Shown here piece by piece: positions 62,257 through 64,000 of a stretch of DNA of 64,000 nucleotides. The translations under genes were made by a program, and so were the position numbers. The first letter of the stretch is position 1, and every line of letters begins with the position of its first letter. The notes below the pieces were generated by a model, which saw nothing but the letters and a program-made list of their open reading frames with translations, was not told the DNA's origin and did no database searches. The stretch is from Gammaproteobacteria bacterium (GTDB lineage Bacteria > Pseudomonadota > Gammaproteobacteria > UBA4575): NCBI GenBank assembly GCA_965243395.1, contig CBDEUS010000001.1, forward strand, positions 320,001 to 384,000. Direction: 5' to 3'.

Positions 62257-63144
62257 ATGCAAATATCAGCAACAATGGTAAAAGAACTGCGCGAACGTAC
62301 AGGCGCGGGAATGATGGAATGTAAAAAAGCTCTCACTGAGTCTGGCGGAGATATGGATGCGGCAATTGAGCAGATGCGCAAGTCTGGTCAGGCCAAGGCA
62401 GATAAGAAGGCGGGGCGGATTGCTGCAGAAGGTACAATTGCGATTGCAGCCAATGAAAAACAAGCAGCAATAATTGAAGTGAATTGTGAAACTGATTTTG
62501 TTGCTAAAGATGACCAGTTTCAAAATTTTTCCAAGCAAATTGCAGACATGGTGCTTGAAGGGGACATGAGTAGTGTGGAAGAGCTGAATAATTCAACTAT
62601 GTCTTCAGGACAAACTGTAGAGCAAACAAGACTCGAGCTGGTAACTAAGATTGGTGAAAATATTAAAGTACGACGTTTCGACAGATTAAATACAAGTGAT
62701 TCCATTTCCAGCTATGCACATGGGAAACGCATTGGAGTATTGGTAGGTCATACGGGGAGTGATGAAGTTGGGCGGGATATTGCTATGCATATTGCAGCGG
62801 TAAATCCAATTTGTGTAAGCGAAAAAGAAGTTCCGGCAGATGTCCTTGATAAAGAACGAGAAATTGCAAAGGCCCAAGCAGATGAGAGTGGTAAGCCTGC
62901 TGAGATTGTTGAAAAAATGGTGCAAGGAAAAGTAAACAAATTTTTAAAAGAAAATACCTTGCTAGGACAGGCATTCGTTAAAGATGATAGTTTAAATGTT
63001 GAAAAATATCTTAAAGGAGCGAATGCATCTGTAAATCAATTCATTCGCTATGAGGTGGGTGAGGGTCTTGAGAAAAGATCCGAGAACTTTGCTGATGAAG
63101 TTCAAAAACAAATAGATGATATGAAAGATAAAGATGATGATTAA
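62257..63144 (+). CDS. tsf: elongation factor Ts
   Basis: [29 protein letters not shown]. Confidence 0.98.
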   Translation: MQISATMVKELRERTGAGMMECKKALTESGGDMDAAIEQMRKSGQAKADKKAGRIAAEGTIAIAANEKQAAIIEVNCETDFVAKDDQFQNFSKQIADMVLEGDMSSVEELNNSTMSSGQTVEQTRLELVTKIGENIKVRRFDRLNTSDSISSYAHGKRIGVLVGHTGSDEVGRDIAMHIAAVNPICVSEKEVPADVLDKEREIAKAQADESGKPAEIVEKMVQGKVNKFLKENTLLGQAFVKDDSLNVEKYLKGANASVNQFIRYEVGEGLEKRSENFADEVQKQIDDMKDKDDD

Positions 63145-63169
63145 AAAAAGGGGCAACGCCCCTTTTTTT
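63143..63169 (+). terminator. intrinsic terminator after tsf
   Basis: AAAAAAAGGGGC-AAC-GCCCCTTTTTTT. Confidence 0.85.
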
Positions 63170-63197
63170 ATGTCATTTAGATTATTGTTACATTGAT

Positions 63198-63923
63198 ATG
63201 ACAGAATTAAACGTAAAATATAAAAGAATTTTATTAAAGCTGAGTGGTGAAGCTTTAATGGGTCAGTATGATTATGGTATTGATCCAGAAATTATTTCGC
63301 GTATTGGTAAAGAAATAGTACATGTGAATAAATTAGGTGTGCAGGTTGCCATAGTTATAGGTGGTGGCAACATTTTTAGGGGGGCAGGTCTCGCTCAAGC
63401 TGGCATGGATAGGGTGACAGCGGATCAGATGGGTATGTTAGCTACAGTAATGAATAGTTTAGCCTTACAAGACGCATTAGAAAATTTAGGCGTGTATTGT
63501 CGCGTAATGTCTGCAGTTAAAATTAACCAAGTGTGTGAAGACTATATTAGGCGACGTGCTGTTCGGCATCTCGAGAAAGGACGTATTGTTGTATTTGCAG
63601 CCGGCACTGGTAATCCGTATTTTACAACTGATTCGGCTGCAAGTTTGCGTGCCTCGGAAATAAACGCAGATATCATGCTAAAGGCTACAAAAGTGGATGG
63701 TGTTTATGATGATGATCCAAATAAGAATCCAAATGCTAAACGCTATGATCAAATTAAATATGATGATGCAATACAACAAAAGCTTGGCGTAATGGATGCA
63801 ACAGCTTTAGTTTTATGTAGGGATAATAAAATACCATTACGGGTATTTAATTTATTTAAGCAGGGAGATCTAACAAAAATAATTCAAGGTGAAAGTATTG
63901 GCACCGAAGTAACAGGAGCTTAA
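63198..63923 (+). CDS. pyrH: UMP kinase
   Basis: [35 protein letters not shown]. Confidence 0.98.
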   Translation: MTELNVKYKRILLKLSGEALMGQYDYGIDPEIISRIGKEIVHVNKLGVQVAIVIGGGNIFRGAGLAQAGMDRVTADQMGMLATVMNSLALQDALENLGVYCRVMSAVKINQVCEDYIRRRAVRHLEKGRIVVFAAGTGNPYFTTDSAASLRASEINADIMLKATKVDGVYDDDPNKNPNAKRYDQIKYDDAIQQKLGVMDATALVLCRDNKIPLRVFNLFKQGDLTKIIQGESIGTEVTGA

Positions 63924-63925
63924 CT

Positions 63926-64000
63926 GTGATCGAAGAAATCAAAGAAGATGCAAAACAACGTATGCAAAAAAGTATAGATGCGCTATCTAATGAGCTTTCT
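63926..64000 (+). CDS. frr: ribosome recycling factor, 5' end only
   Basis: AGGAG RBS, GTG start, MIEEIKEDAKQRMQKSIDAL; follows pyrH. Confidence 0.85.
   Translation, partial: MIEEIKEDAKQRMQKSIDALSNELS

Overview
AT-rich gammaproteobacterial chromosome segment. Two blocks of core genes surround an accessory block. The left core block (1-13494) holds EPS nucleotide-sugar genes, then pheA-tyrA-aroA-cmk-rpsA-ihfB-lapAB-pyrF-comEA-galU. The right core block (34870-64000) holds tRNA-Asn, aspC, uvrB, tRNA-Val, thrS-infC-rpmI-rplT-pheST-ihfA-merR, tRNA-Pro, lepB-rnc-era-recO-pdxJ-acpS-cysM, dapE-arsC-dapD-dapC-glnD-map and rpsB-tsf-pyrH-frr. Between galU and tRNA-Asn lies a ~21 kb block that reads as a self-contained low-oxygen regulon. 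Its regulators are a heme-PAS FixL/FixJ pair, an atypical (Asp->Glu) single-domain receiver and a divergently transcribed 4-Cys FNR. At least 12 TTGAT-N4-ATCAA-like boxes (5 perfect) lie in its intergenic spaces, most followed at 21-22 bp by a -10-like hexamer. Putative targets include four paralogous secreted monoheme cytochromes c of one motif family, a stand-alone globin, two USPs, Hsp20, CHAD, MgtC/DUF4010, an orphan CbpM, a zinc-finger-less DksA/TraR-like protein, an FNT channel, a GNAT, cardiolipin synthase, a patatin and an unannotated small membrane ORF. No terminal oxidase, integrase, CRISPR array or rRNA is visible. All gene calls come from motif and synteny recognition, not database searches.
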